Assembly: GCA_047495785.1 (NCBI GenBank) | Contig: JBLDXI010000007.1 | Coordinates: 1,798,001-1,862,000 of the forward strand | DNA: 64,000 bases | DNA from: Lepidodermella squamata | Lineage: Eukaryota > Animalia > Gastrotricha | Reading direction: 5' to 3' | Shown: positions 1 through 12,924 of the stretch, piece by piece | Layout of the letters: each line of letters starts with the position of its first letter | Numbering within the stretch: the first letter of the stretch is position 1 | The notes under the pieces: model-generated | Seen by the model: only the letters and a program-made list of their open reading frames with translations | The model's database searches: none | What the model was told of the DNA's origin: nothing | Made by a program: the position numbers and the translations under genes

Positions 1-1031
1 TAATTATGGTTATCATATAAAATAATCACGTTGGGACTGGGCACTATGAAATTAAAAAACATTACCATGGCTGATTAATCTTATATGCTAATTTGCTGTC
101 TTTCGTCTTAAATTTTATCGAGTAAGAAAATTAATCATCCAAATTTGCCAATCTGTAACAAGATATCGATTCTACATTTCACCAAAATATTTGCGCCAGG
201 CATAACCCTGTTTTGAGCTATTTTTGCCGTTTCCTCCACTGTGAAGTTGGCACATTTCGCGAATAAGTCACTACAGAGACCTTGAGGGAAGCGTCATTCT
301 TCATTCTAGAAAAACCGACTCTTGGACGAAGTGTCTGTGGCTCTTGAATTTCGTATGAAGCTTAACTTAATTTCGATAATTTGTTGATGGCTTGCAGTAT
401 AACTCATTCGAAGTAGTCAGCGTGCGACCCGTCATCTATTTCAATTGATATTTAGGCTTATTTCTTATTTCCGCAATGTTCAAACTCTGTTTACCTCATT
501 TCCTCATAAGTGATGCGGAAATAAATGTTGCGTCTGCCCTGAGTCCCTAGTCCGTTTTCTTTAGCTTTTAGAGCAGTGATAAACTTTTCCCACTCAAGAC
601 AAATTCCTATCGAGCATTCCCGTTTGATTGCGATTGTCGCAAACAAACGAGAACTTCAGCCAAAGAATTACCTATACAATAACAGGTCTCTCAAATTTGA
701 AGTGCAAGCTGTAAGTGCTCACTACCTTCCCTGTGACTTGGAAATTTGGGATGACTAAACAAGTTGCTTCTTCAATTTCTTGTTAGCCACAGCTATCAAG
801 GTTAATCACATTGTCAACTCTGCGGAGGGACTCAGGTTAATCCATTTCGTATCAATTTCAATTAATCCTTTCAAGTAAAGTCGGCATCACATTTTCAGGG
901 TTGAACTGATCCTACACAGAACATCTTTCATGATTAGCATATGCTTCTGAAGAGCAACTTTATTTATTACTTTGATAGAAATTATTATTAGCATCTTCAC
1001 AGTCGAGGACGAATCGCGTTCAGATATTGCC

Positions 1032-3496
1032 ATGCATATTAACAGCCTTTTGGCGACCTTTTTGTTTCTCAAAAACGTCATTGCTGATAATCGGGAATTA
1101 ACAATTCTTGCGTTGATTCCATTCACAGGTTTGTGATTTCCATAAATGCCGAAAGTTGTTTTTCATTTCTTTCATCAGGTAACGATCCGAAAGATGGAAA
1201 GCTTTGCCGAGCTGGGATGGAGATAGCAATTGAGGCTGCGAACAAATCGCCCAATATACTGCCCGGTTACCGTTTATCCGCTTCATTCAAAGATGAAGGG
1301 TCCAATTCAATGCAAGCTGTGAGGCACACAGTTGAATTCATCCGATCTACTCCTTCAGCTGCACCCATTGTCGTTGGCCCTTACTTCACCCCTGGCTGCA
1401 AAGCTCTAGCAAGTTCCAGCCATCATCTCAATATGACCCAGCTTGGCGTTGGCTGCGGTGCGACCTTATTCACAAATAACCGCAAGAGCTACCCTAATCT
1501 GTACCGCCACAGAGCCTCGGCAGAACTCGATATTCCATCTCGTCTAAGTTTCATTCGCACCATTGGGAAATGGAGTAGGATCGCAATTATAACAAGTGCT
1601 GAAAATGTTTTCGACTACACGACAGCTTCTTTGTTCTCCCAGGCAGCTAGCTCAGCAGGTATCGAAGTCGCTTGGTTCAATACAGTTTCAACGGTAACAG
1701 ACGACGCGGTGGAGTCTTTGAAGCAAAGCGAGGCTCGTATTGTGATGATAGACGTCGGTAGTAGGGCTGCTTTTGTGTTCAGTGTGGTTTGCCAGGCGTA
1801 CAAGTTTGGAATAACGGGATCGAGATACATTTTCATGGCTGCTACGCAGGCTTTCGCAGATCCGAACTCATCAGTATTACCATGCTCTAGAAACATTGTA
1901 ATCGAGCAATTTCGATTTGTTTATTGGATTGGAGTTGCAACAGCTGCTCCCACAGATTTCGGCAGAACTAGCCTAGGCTACGATCGGAATAGTTTTGAGA
2001 GAACATTCGATAACTTGACCAATACCTCAAGAACACCCGATTACGGAAATCGGCATTGGTGCCACGACGCCATGCTTCAAGCAATTGTTGCATTGAACAT
2101 GTCGGAAGAGGCACTTCGTTCGAAAGATTTGAGACTATCTGATTTTGCAACCAACCCTAAAGCCGTTTCTGAAGTTGTGAACAGAAGTATGGCTTCAGTG
2201 GATCTTGTTGGCTTGAGAGTTGGCCGTATACGATATTCGTCAAGACTTGAGTTGGATAATGAGCCCCATGTTATAGCCTACTGGAATTCGAGTGGAGGAT
2301 CTTACCAGAACACTTTCTTTGTTAAGGTGGCTGATAACGTGTCTGGTCCCGGTGACAATTTTTCATCGATTTTGACTCCGCTCCTTCCAATGGCATGGCA
2401 AACTCCAGACGGTTTGCCACCTAACGACAGAGCGCTGAAAATCGTCACTACTAAGACTATTCAATTTGAGATTTTTATCTTGATAATTGTCTTGGCTGCA
2501 CTGGGGATGCTTTTGAAATTTGCGATATGGATTCACTCAATCGTGAAGCGATACGATGCTGATTTGGCTGCCTTCAAGAATGCCAGAAGAGCATGTTTGG
2601 TTGGCTTAGTTTTGATGGAGGTCTCGTCGGTTGCTTTCGTCATACCGACCAGTCTTGCGTCAGATGTGTTATGCTCTATCGGGCCCATATTAGCCGCCTT
2701 CGGAATCGCTCTGCTTCACGGGAACATATTCGGTCATCTTTTCTCAGTTCATCAAAAAGTGGCACCCGTGCATTTCGGAAAGTTCTCGAGATATTTGAAT
2801 CGAACCGGCTCTCTGAGGCAGCATTCTGACCGTCGCACGCCTCGAAGACCCGGGCCACTTACTCGAGTTGCAAGCTTGCATTACGGAAATGCGTTTGCCA
2901 CCGAGCGTCATTTTACAAATGGAACTCAACTATCCAAGCAATCTGCTCCTATAGTTGTGGATAATGTTTCCGATGGCGGGGTAGTTCTCGTGACGTTGCT
3001 ATGGCTTCTTGTCACATTTGTCATAATTTGCGCATGGGTAGGTCTAGATCCTTTGACCAAATTTCAAGTGACACTTCGAGACGGAATTCATGACGAAATC
3101 GCTGATACTGTAACTTTCGAATATGTAAATATTTGCCGTTCTTCTAAATGGTCGATCTGGTATATAGTGTTAGCTGCTATCAATTTCATCCCGTTGATAA
3201 TATCTTGCTACCTATCATACTCACTGAGGCATCTGTCAAATGTAGAAATGTCAAAGGAACAGGAAAGAGCAGTCAAGAAAGCCCGCATGGCTAGTGGAAA
3301 CTCGGTGACGCTGTATATCGCGACGACTCTCATGCTGATTGCAGTCGACGGTCCTACTACACAGCAGGCAGTCATCTCATTAGCGCTAATTGTGAACTCT
3401 TGGTCGAGCCTTGCGATATGCTTCTTTGATGTGTTTGAGTCAGCTTTCAACCTCATCTTTCGAAGACAAACACCAGACGACACTCAGCATATTTGA
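1032..3496 (+). CDS. Class C GPCR (Venus flytrap + 7TM, GABA-B-like architecture), paralog 1; exons 1032-1128 and 1179-3496
   Basis: ATG1032 gives signal-like MHINSLLATFLFL...LALIPFTG. A 50-nt GT-AG intron (1129-1178) joins it in frame to NDPKDGK, matching FTGNEPQDG of the paralogs. Flytrap motifs AANKSPNILPGYRL and YPNLYR; seven hydrophobic helices with WVGLDPL and YLSYSLR; no nine-Cys domain. Confidence 0.88.
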
Positions 3497-3892
3497 TGAA
3501 CTCGTCTTTATCTAGCGCATATTATTAATTTCCCATATAACTTTTAATGAGAGCATTCATTAAGAAGTCTGAACCTATTAGGACATCACGGTAATTTGTT
3601 CGTCTTTTTGTGACAAAATCTCGTTTACAGCATGGCTTGTTCGATCATGTGACTTTAATTTTGAAGAATGACGTCTGTTACCCTGCAGTGAAATCAAAAC
3701 TCTGATCTCAATACGATTACGCCACTATGCCAATTATCAAGGATCTCACGTGAGCCGCCAGACGGGGACTTTTTCTAAATAATTAAAATGATTAATTGCG
3801 AAATGCATAAGAAATATCGGCAATTAAGGATGTCCACAGAGACCAATATAAGCCAGAGGAAATTTACCACATGACACAATCCTTTGAAAGTT

Positions 3893-6310
3893 ATGAAATT
3901 TCTTACAGCTATTATTCTGAGTTTAGCCCGCCTGCCTGAAGTCAATGGGCAGAACATAGTGAAGCCATCAACACTCTCCGTACTCGCACTTGCCCAATAC
4001 ACTGGCAATGAGCCTCAAGACGGCAGGGCTTGTGCCGCGGCTTACAGGTTTGTCGCCGATGTCGTCAACAAAAGAGACGATATATTGCCTAACTACCGCA
4101 TCGAATTCGACATTCAAGACGAAGCTGGTAGTTCTAATCTTGCATCGAGGCGGCTACTTCAATACACGCGTAACTTCGTGCCGAATGAAAACTTCACCCA
4201 ATCCCCGATCACAATAGGACCAAGTTCCTCGGTAGGATGCATGTCGTACGCATCTAGCTTGAAACCCTTGAATATGGTCTCAGTCACCTGGGGCTGTGCG
4301 TCTCCTGTTTTCTCAGGTAACAGAGTGGCCTATCCAAATATTTACAGGCAACAGTTACCAGGCGAGGTGGCTATTTACACCTGGGTGTATTTTGTTAAAT
4401 TCATCGGTCACTGGAAAAACACGGCTGTTATCTCATCGACTCGAACCCTTGATTTTCAGTTGGCAAAAACGTTTCTCGAAACTGCGGCTTCAAACGGTAT
4501 TAACGTTCGTTGGTCAGATTCATATGACACGGATATATCTGATGAAATGATGCTGTCACTCAAGGCAAGTAATTCTCGAGTTGTCGCTGTCATTCTGGGT
4601 AGGTGGATCATGCTTGCCGAGATTCTTTGCATGGCACATCGCTTTGGGATGACTGGTCCTAATTTTGTATTCCTAGCCTACACAAATGCTTACGTTGACC
4701 CTACAACCCTACCAAGAATGCTGAATCCAAAAATACAATGCTCGCGTGAAATATACCTTGAACAGCTAAAATACACGATTTTCATCGGCGGACCATCCGT
4801 TCCCATTGAAAACAACGGTTACACATCACTTGGTTACGATCGGGATGGCTTCGAAAACATGTTTGATACTTTCACAGATGGTTCCTTCAAAGGTACAGCT
4901 GACTTTCCAAATCGACACAAGTGTCATGATGTCGCACTTCAGGCTGTTCTCGCGCTGAATCGGACTGAATCAGTTCTTCAAACGTTGAACATGACCTTAT
5001 CAGATTACACGACACATCCGTATGAAGTAAGCCTAGTAGCTAATCAATCTGTTGCTGAGGCAGGCTTCTACGGAATTCAAAGAGGTTATGAAAAGTTTTC
5101 AAGCCGTCTCGAAATGGATAACTACTTCAGCTATGCTATGATTTGGTCCCGAAAGAACAACTCGCTCCAGGTTTACTCGAAAATACAAGCTGGGCGCGAT
5201 ATTTTGAGCATACCAAATTATTCAGCCAAAACAGTTCAGCAGTTTCGCTGGGGCACGAAAAACGGACAACCACCCTTAGATACAGCTAGGCGCGTCGTTT
5301 TGGTTACAGATATAGAAGACAGCTTGACTATAGCCATTTACGCCATAGCAAGTGTGGTTGCAACTTGTCAAATTAGCGTCGGGTTCTTAGCAATCAAAAA
5401 CGGACTTGATAAAAAATGCCGATGGGGCAAGGTGATTTTGCTGGTCGGCTTGCTATTCGTCGATTTGTCAGCAGCTCTATTTGCCGCCGGATTGATTGAT
5501 GACGATAACACATGCAGTCGACCTAATTTGATATCCTGCCACCTACGCATCATCTTTGCCGTAATAGGGCTGTCGCTAGTCCACGGCGTTCAACTCGCAA
5601 AATTAGCCCAATATGGGCACGCGTTGTTGGGCAAGATCAATGCCTTCGCAGAAATTGGCAAAAGCAATGGAAAATACAAATTCGTCATCGATCTATGCGC
5701 TGATAACAAGCATTTCTTGTTGCTGCAACAACTGTACAAGAGGAATCTTATGCATAAGCATGACAAGTTAAGTGCAGCGTTCAGCTTCGGTTTCACCCTG
5801 CTGAATTGTTTTGTACTAATAACGTGGTTTCTCAGCGACCCGTTAACCTTCTCCAAAAAGCGGGTCAATTTTTATTATGAGGTGGAAAACGATACTTTTG
5901 TTGCGATTGAAGAGGGCACTTGCTTGTCAAGGGATATTCTGATTTGGCTGTTAACACTAGTTGGAATTAACTGTGCTGCTCTTCTCGGTTCTGCTTTCCT
6001 CGCCTATTCTTTGCGTTTAATTTCTGCGATTCAAGGGTCTTCAGCTGTCATACCTGAACTTGATCCTATAAGAAAGTCCGTTGCTAATTCACTGACTTTA
6101 GTGGCCGGTACTATTTTGCTACTTCTTGGGTTCGATGGGCGACCAACCAGCCAGTACAGCATTGTCGCTGTGATGCTCATCGTCTATTCAGTCGCATCTT
6201 TCTCTATCACGTTTATTCCACCGTTCTTCAAACGAGCAAGTGAAGATTTGCCATCGGTCCCTAACTCCCCTGGTGTAACTCGTCGCATGGATCAGGTCTC
6301 AAATAAGTAA
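3893..6310 (+). CDS. Class C GPCR, paralog 2 (intronless)
   Basis: Single ORF from ATG3893 (MKFLTAIILSL signal); VNKRDDILPNYRI, GCASP...YPNIYR, WFLSDPL, FLAYSLR, PELDP. Confidence 0.9.
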   Translation: MKFLTAIILSLARLPEVNGQNIVKPSTLSVLALAQYTGNEPQDGRACAAAYRFVADVVNKRDDILPNYRIEFDIQDEAGSSNLASRRLLQYTRNFVPNENFTQSPITIGPSSSVGCMSYASSLKPLNMVSVTWGCASPVFSGNRVAYPNIYRQQLPGEVAIYTWVYFVKFIGHWKNTAVISSTRTLDFQLAKTFLETAASNGINVRWSDSYDTDISDEMMLSLKASNSRVVAVILGRWIMLAEILCMAHRFGMTGPNFVFLAYTNAYVDPTTLPRMLNPKIQCSREIYLEQLKYTIFIGGPSVPIENNGYTSLGYDRDGFENMFDTFTDGSFKGTADFPNRHKCHDVALQAVLALNRTESVLQTLNMTLSDYTTHPYEVSLVANQSVAEAGFYGIQRGYEKFSSRLEMDNYFSYAMIWSRKNNSLQVYSKIQAGRDILSIPNYSAKTVQQFRWGTKNGQPPLDTARRVVLVTDIEDSLTIAIYAIASVVATCQISVGFLAIKNGLDKKCRWGKVILLVGLLFVDLSAALFAAGLIDDDNTCSRPNLISCHLRIIFAVIGLSLVHGVQLAKLAQYGHALLGKINAFAEIGKSNGKYKFVIDLCADNKHFLLLQQLYKRNLMHKHDKLSAAFSFGFTLLNCFVLITWFLSDPLTFSKKRVNFYYEVENDTFVAIEEGTCLSRDILIWLLTLVGINCAALLGSAFLAYSLRLISAIQGSSAVIPELDPIRKSVANSLTLVAGTILLLLGFDGRPTSQYSIVAVMLIVYSVASFSITFIPPFFKRASEDLPSVPNSPGVTRRMDQVSNK

Positions 6311-6689
6311 AAAAATAGAGTGAGAAAAATAGAGCCAAAACTTATTTTGTACTGTACCTAGTGTGGTCATTTGATTTTATACCGAGCAACTTCTGAGATT
6401 AACCTTTAATAAAATCCGTGCAGTGACGATCAATGTTTGCAGCGGGAAGTTACTTATCCCATTAGAAACTCCGTAATTGGCATCCTAGTACGTGACCGAA
6501 CTTGTGTGAAACACACGAAATCATGCCGAAGACCGAGACATCATTAAGATAGTCAGCGAGATAGCTGTTCGCGTTACCACTAGCCATCAAAGCAAAGGAA
6601 TTTGCGAGAATCACGTTCTAAGCCACGCAGTTCGCATAATGCCCGGAGTTTTCTTAATGTAGGAGTCATTCCTGTTTCTTGCTTTCGAA

Positions 6690-9182
6690 ATGCATCGACT
6701 AACTTTCACACTTGCAATGGTGCTAATAGGCTGCATCAGTATGGCAGCCCGAGCTGAAATAAAATCTCTATCTCTAATGGGTTTAGTCCCCTTCACCGGA
6801 AGTGAGCCACAAGATGGCAAGACCTGTGCGGCCGCTATGCGCTTTGTTGTCGACAATGTCAACCGGAGATCCGATATTCTGCCGAACTACCGCATTCAAC
6901 TGGACTTGCAGGATGAAACTTTAAATTCTAATCTCGCAACGCGGCGATTAATGGACTACGTGCGATCGTTTGAATCTCCCCAGCCGTATCTGCCATCCCC
7001 GGTTACTTTAGGCCCGATTTCAACTATAGGATGCATTCCATACGCAACTGCGTTATCACATTTGAATATGGTCTCTGTAACTTATGGTTGCGGCTCACCC
7101 GTTTTTGGAGCGAACCGAAAAGACTTCCCAAACATCTATAGACTGAATAACCCCGGAGATACTGTTACCGGCTCTTGGCTCTATTATATCAAATACATTC
7201 AAAAGTGGAAAAACGTTGGATTGATAACGAGCACCAGAACCCTGGACTTCCAACTGGCGAAGAACTTTTATGAGGCTAGTCTAGCTAGCGGAGTGTCAAT
7301 ACGTTGGTCTGACTCGTTTGACACAGAGGTCAGCGATGAAATGATGCTGTCTCTGAAGAAAAGTAACGTGCGAGTCATCATGGTTTCTCTTGGCAGATTT
7401 TTCTCAAATGTTGAATTTCTTTGCGCTGCTTATAGATTTGGAATTACAGGAGCCAACTACGTATTCATAACCTATGCTGCCGCTTTCACAGATCCTTATT
7501 CCTTACCCCAAGTTATAAATCAGAAGAAAAATTGCACCCGAGATGTTGTAATCGAGCAAACAAAGTATTCTGTCTTCATCGGCACTTCTTCTGTCGTTTT
7601 GGAAAATCCGACGACGACATCTCTCGGATACACTTTGAACGAGTTCGAAAGGTTGTTTGACAATTATACAAATGGAATTTTCTGGAACAAAGCTGACTTC
7701 TTCAGACGCCATAGTTGTCACGACGTAACCTTACACGCTATTCTGGTTCTTAACAAGACTGAGAGCCTGCTGGCACAGAAAAATATGACGCTTTCTGACT
7801 ATGCTTTAATGCCGAAGCTTGTTGGTTCGATCGCGAACAAAACAGCGGGACTCACCAGCTTCTACGGCCTTCGCAACGGTTACGAGGCGTTTTCTCAACG
7901 GATGGAAATGGATAGCTACCCGAACTTTGTGGCAACTTGGTCAGGAAATGGAAGCGACATGAACTATCACTACAAAATTGTTGCCGGGAGAAATGTTGAC
8001 GTCTTGGAGAACTATTCTGTGAACATCATGAATTCTGAACTAAAATGGTTAACTAAAGATGCACGGGCCCCGAATGATATGGCGAGGAGCGTGCAAATTA
8101 TGGATGACATAACCTTTGAGACAGGTTTGTCCATAACGATAGTTGCAACTCTCATTTCGTTGGCCCAGTTCGCTGCGCTTGTCTACGTCCTAGCGAAAAG
8201 GACGAATCGAGGGATCTTTCGCGGGAAAATTTTGTCGACAGCTGGTGTAATAGTCATAAACATTTCAGCAGCTTGTTTTGCTGTTGGTTTGGTCGATGGA
8301 AATAAGGTCATTAATGGAGACAATTACGCAATATGTCGAGCTAGAATAAGTCTCCTCGTTATAGGAATGGCTCTTGTTCATAGTTCCATGGTGTTCAAGT
8401 TAGTTTTGTATGGCAACGAGCTGCTTGGGAAGATTCGAGCTTTTAAAAAACAGTACAGTAGTGGCAGCCATAGGGGAGATATGACGAATCAGCATCCGCG
8501 AATATTTCATGAAGGTCTGGCTATGGATTCAACAGCGAAATCTTATTTGCGCCAGTTGTACCCAAATTTACTCGCGAAAGCCCACGATAAGCGCACTCTA
8601 CATTCGACATTGGTCATCGTTGTACTGTATGGCATTATTCTTCTTCTCTGGTTTCTGTATGACCCAGTTGAATTTTCATCAGAGATCGTCTCTGAATATT
8701 ACGATGAGGGCGAGGACGCGTTTTTTACAGTGAAAGAAATGGCATGCTCATCGCCTCAGATTGTTGTTTGGTATGCGATTTTATGTGGTAGTCAAGGCAT
8801 TATTCTGCTATGTGGAGCTTTCTTGGCTTATTCTTTGCGATCAGTTTCGTTGATTATGAACTGCTCGCAATATATACCTGAGTTCAATCCGCTTAGGAGA
8901 GCTCAAATGATTGCTGTAACTTTATTTTATGGTACAATTTTGATACTTGTCGGTTTCGCTGGTCATTCAACAACCCAGTATTTGGTATTGTCCTTCGCAC
9001 TGCTTATTTATTCGATTTCAACGTTCTGCTTCATTTTCGCACCGGCACTTCGCTATCGTTCACACGTTACCAGAATTAGGGACGCTCGTGGATCCATCCA
9101 CCTTTCTATACCTCGTTCCAATCAAACGACCAACCTCAGTCGTAGACTATCCGGAAGCTTATCTAATAATCATAATCAATAA
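6690..9182 (+). CDS. Class C GPCR, paralog 3 (intronless)
   Basis: 830-aa ORF with signal peptide; VNRRSDILPNYRI, TSTRTLDFQLA, WFLYDPV, FLAYSLR. Confidence 0.9.
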   Translation: MHRLTFTLAMVLIGCISMAARAEIKSLSLMGLVPFTGSEPQDGKTCAAAMRFVVDNVNRRSDILPNYRIQLDLQDETLNSNLATRRLMDYVRSFESPQPYLPSPVTLGPISTIGCIPYATALSHLNMVSVTYGCGSPVFGANRKDFPNIYRLNNPGDTVTGSWLYYIKYIQKWKNVGLITSTRTLDFQLAKNFYEASLASGVSIRWSDSFDTEVSDEMMLSLKKSNVRVIMVSLGRFFSNVEFLCAAYRFGITGANYVFITYAAAFTDPYSLPQVINQKKNCTRDVVIEQTKYSVFIGTSSVVLENPTTTSLGYTLNEFERLFDNYTNGIFWNKADFFRRHSCHDVTLHAILVLNKTESLLAQKNMTLSDYALMPKLVGSIANKTAGLTSFYGLRNGYEAFSQRMEMDSYPNFVATWSGNGSDMNYHYKIVAGRNVDVLENYSVNIMNSELKWLTKDARAPNDMARSVQIMDDITFETGLSITIVATLISLAQFAALVYVLAKRTNRGIFRGKILSTAGVIVINISAACFAVGLVDGNKVINGDNYAICRARISLLVIGMALVHSSMVFKLVLYGNELLGKIRAFKKQYSSGSHRGDMTNQHPRIFHEGLAMDSTAKSYLRQLYPNLLAKAHDKRTLHSTLVIVVLYGIILLLWFLYDPVEFSSEIVSEYYDEGEDAFFTVKEMACSSPQIVVWYAILCGSQGIILLCGAFLAYSLRSVSLIMNCSQYIPEFNPLRRAQMIAVTLFYGTILILVGFAGHSTTQYLVLSFALLIYSISTFCFIFAPALRYRSHVTRIRDARGSIHLSIPRSNQTTNLSRRLSGSLSNNHNQ

Positions 9183-10138
9183 CACAAGGGCATATAACGC
9201 CGCGGAGGACCTGATAAATAAATGATATTAATACTTTTCTGCATGTTTAAAATGACCAGAAATGTTGTTCAGCCGAGGTTAAGAACGTTATTATTAATGT
9301 TCTAATGCCTGCTGTGCTGCGAATTTCAGTGACCTTTGGTAATCTGACAATTAGGATAATCTGAATTTAAACAGTGAGAGTTAGAGTTTGATTTGAAGGG
9401 CAGACAATTTTTAAAACCAAAAATTATAAAGCAATTTCCTTTCACGTCATTAAAGATTATTAAATTAATGATAACTGCAGGATATCATATTTGCGATGCG
9501 TTATAATACGCTTCCTTGCGATTCGCCAACAAGGATCGTGTGGCCACGGACATTTTGATCTGACATTTTAGTCTTGGAGGGGGTGGATCTGTTTGGCTTC
9601 AGAGTTGCAGTGAGCAACGCTCGGAACCCAAGAAAGGACGTGACTAATGGTGCTTTCACAAATGCGTCGGACGGCGAAAACTTCGGTTAGCAACTCGCAA
9701 ACTTCGGAAAAGTGAAGCGAAACGTCGGACGGTGTTATCAGTGGCAATTCGGACGCGCGCGCGCAGCGAGACGTCCGACGTTCTATTGTTCTTCTCCCGA
9801 AGTTAGCGCGCATACCTCTCAACGAGCGCACGCACTTTTATATAGCGGAAAACGGCCGGGTACAGCAACTTTTTTTTCATTTCGGTCCCAATTAAAAAAA
9901 TGTTTTCAAATAAAGGTAGATGACGTAAAAAGCAACACGAGCATATATAATTTTACTATTATCGCATTTATCAAGCCAAACATGTTGTTCTATAGTAAAA
10001 ATGAAAGCAAATCAAGTCGAAGCACAGTATAAGGATGCAAAATGCGAAAATCAGAAATGAGAAAATGAATTTACATTCATGAGATGTTAATCATTTTAGT
10101 GCGAATATTAAAAATCGACAGAAACCGACTGCTGAAAT

Positions 10139-11546
10139 TTAGAATTTTCGATTCAGCATTTTTGACTGCCAGGCAACCATGCCCGATTCGGACTGGAACC
10201 AGATGGTTAAATTCGAGCGCAACTGCTGGCCGTGGTCGAAACCCTTTTTCTCGGTGACGCGAATATTCTCTGGGACGAAATTCGGAAGCGCGCCTTCTTT
10301 CTCGATCTCCTGCCACGTGTCCCACGCCTCGCGATCGCCGATGTTGTAGTTAGAAACCTCGGCCATTGCGAAATTATGAAGCGTACAGATGGCCAGCACG
10401 GCGTCTTCTGCCATTTCTGGGCTCAACTCCATCACTTTCCGAAGTAGGCGGAATCTAGCTGATGCAATGCCGAATGCGTTTTCGACGACACGCCGACCGC
10501 GAGATAAACGATAATTAAAAGTTTGCTTATTAGCCGGCAAATTTCCGGATGTTTGTCCGGGATAGGGTGAAAGGAAGTTCCAGTCTAGCCCGAACGCCGC
10601 ATCGCCAACAAAATAATGGTTCGCCTTCATATTGCCACCAGGTAGAGGAATAGACTCTGTTGGCGTGGTGTTGCTGCAATATTCCAGCAGGCCGCTATTC
10701 TTGAATACCCCGCCGTCACTGAAACGGCCGTGGGCACCGACATCGACCAGGCAGAAGCGATACTTGGCGTCAACCACCGCCATTAGCACAATCGAGTAAG
10801 TTCCCTAAAAAAATAAAAAAATAAATAAAAAAAAACCAAAAAAATTAAAATTAAAAATTTACAATTTAATTTTGAGAATATTTTTTTAAATAAAATAAAA
10901 TAAAATAAAATAAAATAAAATAAAAAATAAATAAATAAATAAATAAATAAAAATTGCTACCAACCTTATAATTATAATATTCGCTCCCAGATTTTGCCGG
11001 ACGAACGATGACGCAGTGTTTTCCGTCTACCGCGCCGCAGCAGAACGGCAAATTCCAGTACTGGCCAAACTCGGCGGCGTTCTCTCGCCACGTTTCAGCG
11101 GTGGGAGTCGGCATGTAAATTGGCATTAGGGCGGTTGAGATCGCACGCATAGTTCTTTTCAAAATCGAATGAACTGTTGCCACGCCCATTCGAAACGAGT
11201 ATGACAGGCTTGTCATCGACTCTCCAGTTGCTAAAAAACGAACGGTCAGCGCCATTTTTTCTTCGAGCGAGATGCCATGCCGGCCGAATATCGACGGCTT
11301 GGCAGTAATAGGCCGTACCAGTGCGACAAGTTTGTTGAATGCGGCAATATCGAGGCGATAATAATTTTGAAATCGCTCATTATCCATCAGCAGCTCGCGG
11401 TGTAGACAATGGAAATGACCCAGCATTGGCCGTTGCCGATTCACCGGGTGAATGCCATAACGACGCACTTTTTTCTGTGCTCGTTTTCGGCGTAAATGCA
11501 ACGCTAAGCCGATTAGAAGAGCCTTGCGTCTACGGTCGCGAATCAT
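10139..11546 (-). CDS. Harbinger DDE transposase (HARBI1-like), 415 aa; exons 11546-10965 and 10804-10139
   Basis: Motifs GAVDGKH, YNYK|GTYSIVLMAVVDA, GRFSDGG, VGDAAF, RRVVENAFG. A 160-nt T-rich GT-AG intron joins the two ORFs in frame with no stops. Confidence 0.93.
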
Positions 11547-11835
11547 TTCAGGAGAAGAGAAATTAATTAAATTTTCTTAATCAGATTAGTGGCATCCAGG
11601 TGAGCGAGGCGAGGCGAGCATGACGACGAGCGTGGCGGCCGCGCATTGACGCAGCGCCTGCCGCCATCTTGGCGGTGCGCCCTTTGATTTCTCAACATGG
11701 CGTCCGAAAATGCCGCGATTTTGGGTTATTTAAACCAATCCAACATCAGCTAGGGTATCATCGCTCAACTCAAAACTCGCCGAAAACTAGACTTTCACTC
11801 AGCTTTTACTCGAATTTGGCTAGTTTTTCGTTAAA

Positions 11836-12924
11836 ATGAACGACATGCGCTATTATTTTCCGTCGTCGTCGTCGTCGTCGTCTCAGGTGACTTTCGATGA
11901 CAGCCAACCGTACACGATGATGCAACCGTCTCAACACATGTCGTACTCGCAGTTGCCGCCAACACCGGTTCCGCCCAACAATTCTCGCCCGTCCTCGTCG
12001 GCTTCTTCGTCGTCGTCCGCGTCTTCTTCGATTTCGTTCGAGCAGCATCGCTCCGAGGTGCATGCCGCTATTATCGAGTTTGTTCGACACAACCCGTCGC
12101 TTTGGCTGCCGTCAGACGTCAAATACAGCGACGTAGTCTTCAAAAATGCCCTGTGGGCTACTCTGGCCACACGCCTTCCGATGAAGCCCGCGACAGCGTC
12201 AGCCCCGGCACAGCCGTACACCTACAAAGAAGTGAGCGTGGAGTGGCAGCGTCTTCGCGACCGCTTCACTAAATGCCACAAGCAGTACGTGGCGAGCGGC
12301 TCGGCAGCTGAGAAGACTGTCCGTTTCGCCTTCTACGAGGCGATGACCTTTCTGGCGGACGTAGTGATGTACAAAAACAAGTGAGTTATTTTATTTATTT
12401 TTTTTTAAATGAAAAATGTGCGGAAAATCGGAAACAAATTGCTTAAATTTTTCATATTTTTCAGAACGAAGTCGAATTTACCTGTTTCTTCGGCGTTACC
12501 TGCGTCAGTTGCCCGGCAACTTCGCCCCGACACGCCTCACACGCCTCAAACGCCTCAAACGCCTCAAGTCAATGCTACTGGCGATTCTTCCGGCGACGCT
12601 GGTCAGTTGAACCCTCCGCCCGTCTTAGCCGGCGTTCAAGACTCGCAGTCGAACTTCATCGAACAGTCGACACCGTCAGCAGCAGCGGCAAGCAGTGGTC
12701 GGAAGAAGCGGAAGGCGGAAGAATCTGAAGAACTTGACCCACTTACCCGGGCGATAATCGCCTCGCTCGAGGGCGAGCCGCTCTTTACAGAGCGCCGTCG
12801 CGCTATTAATGAACAATTTGCGTCGATTTTAAATATTATTGATGAATCACCTCTCAGCAAAAGCGAAATATCGCGCTTGTTTTTCGATATTAGTGATTTA
12901 GTCCGTCGCACGGTGTTCAACTAA
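11836..12924 (+). CDS. Harbinger MADF (Myb/SANT-like) DNA-binding protein, 334 aa; exons 11836-12380 and 12465-12924
   Basis: IIEFVRHNPSLW...KNALW...EWQRLRDRF...FAFYEAMTFL is a MADF pattern; GTGAGT...TTTTCAG intron is in frame; NLS-like RKKRK. Confidence 0.88.

Noticed and set aside
1133-1178. ORF-track start of receptor 1 at GTG 1133
   Set aside because: It lies inside the inferred intron; the real start is ATG1032 with a signal-like peptide.
10805-10964. (TAAAA)n/(TAAA)n tract as an independent repeat or poly-A retro-insertion
   Set aside because: It is the T-rich intron of the transposase, with valid GT-AG ends.
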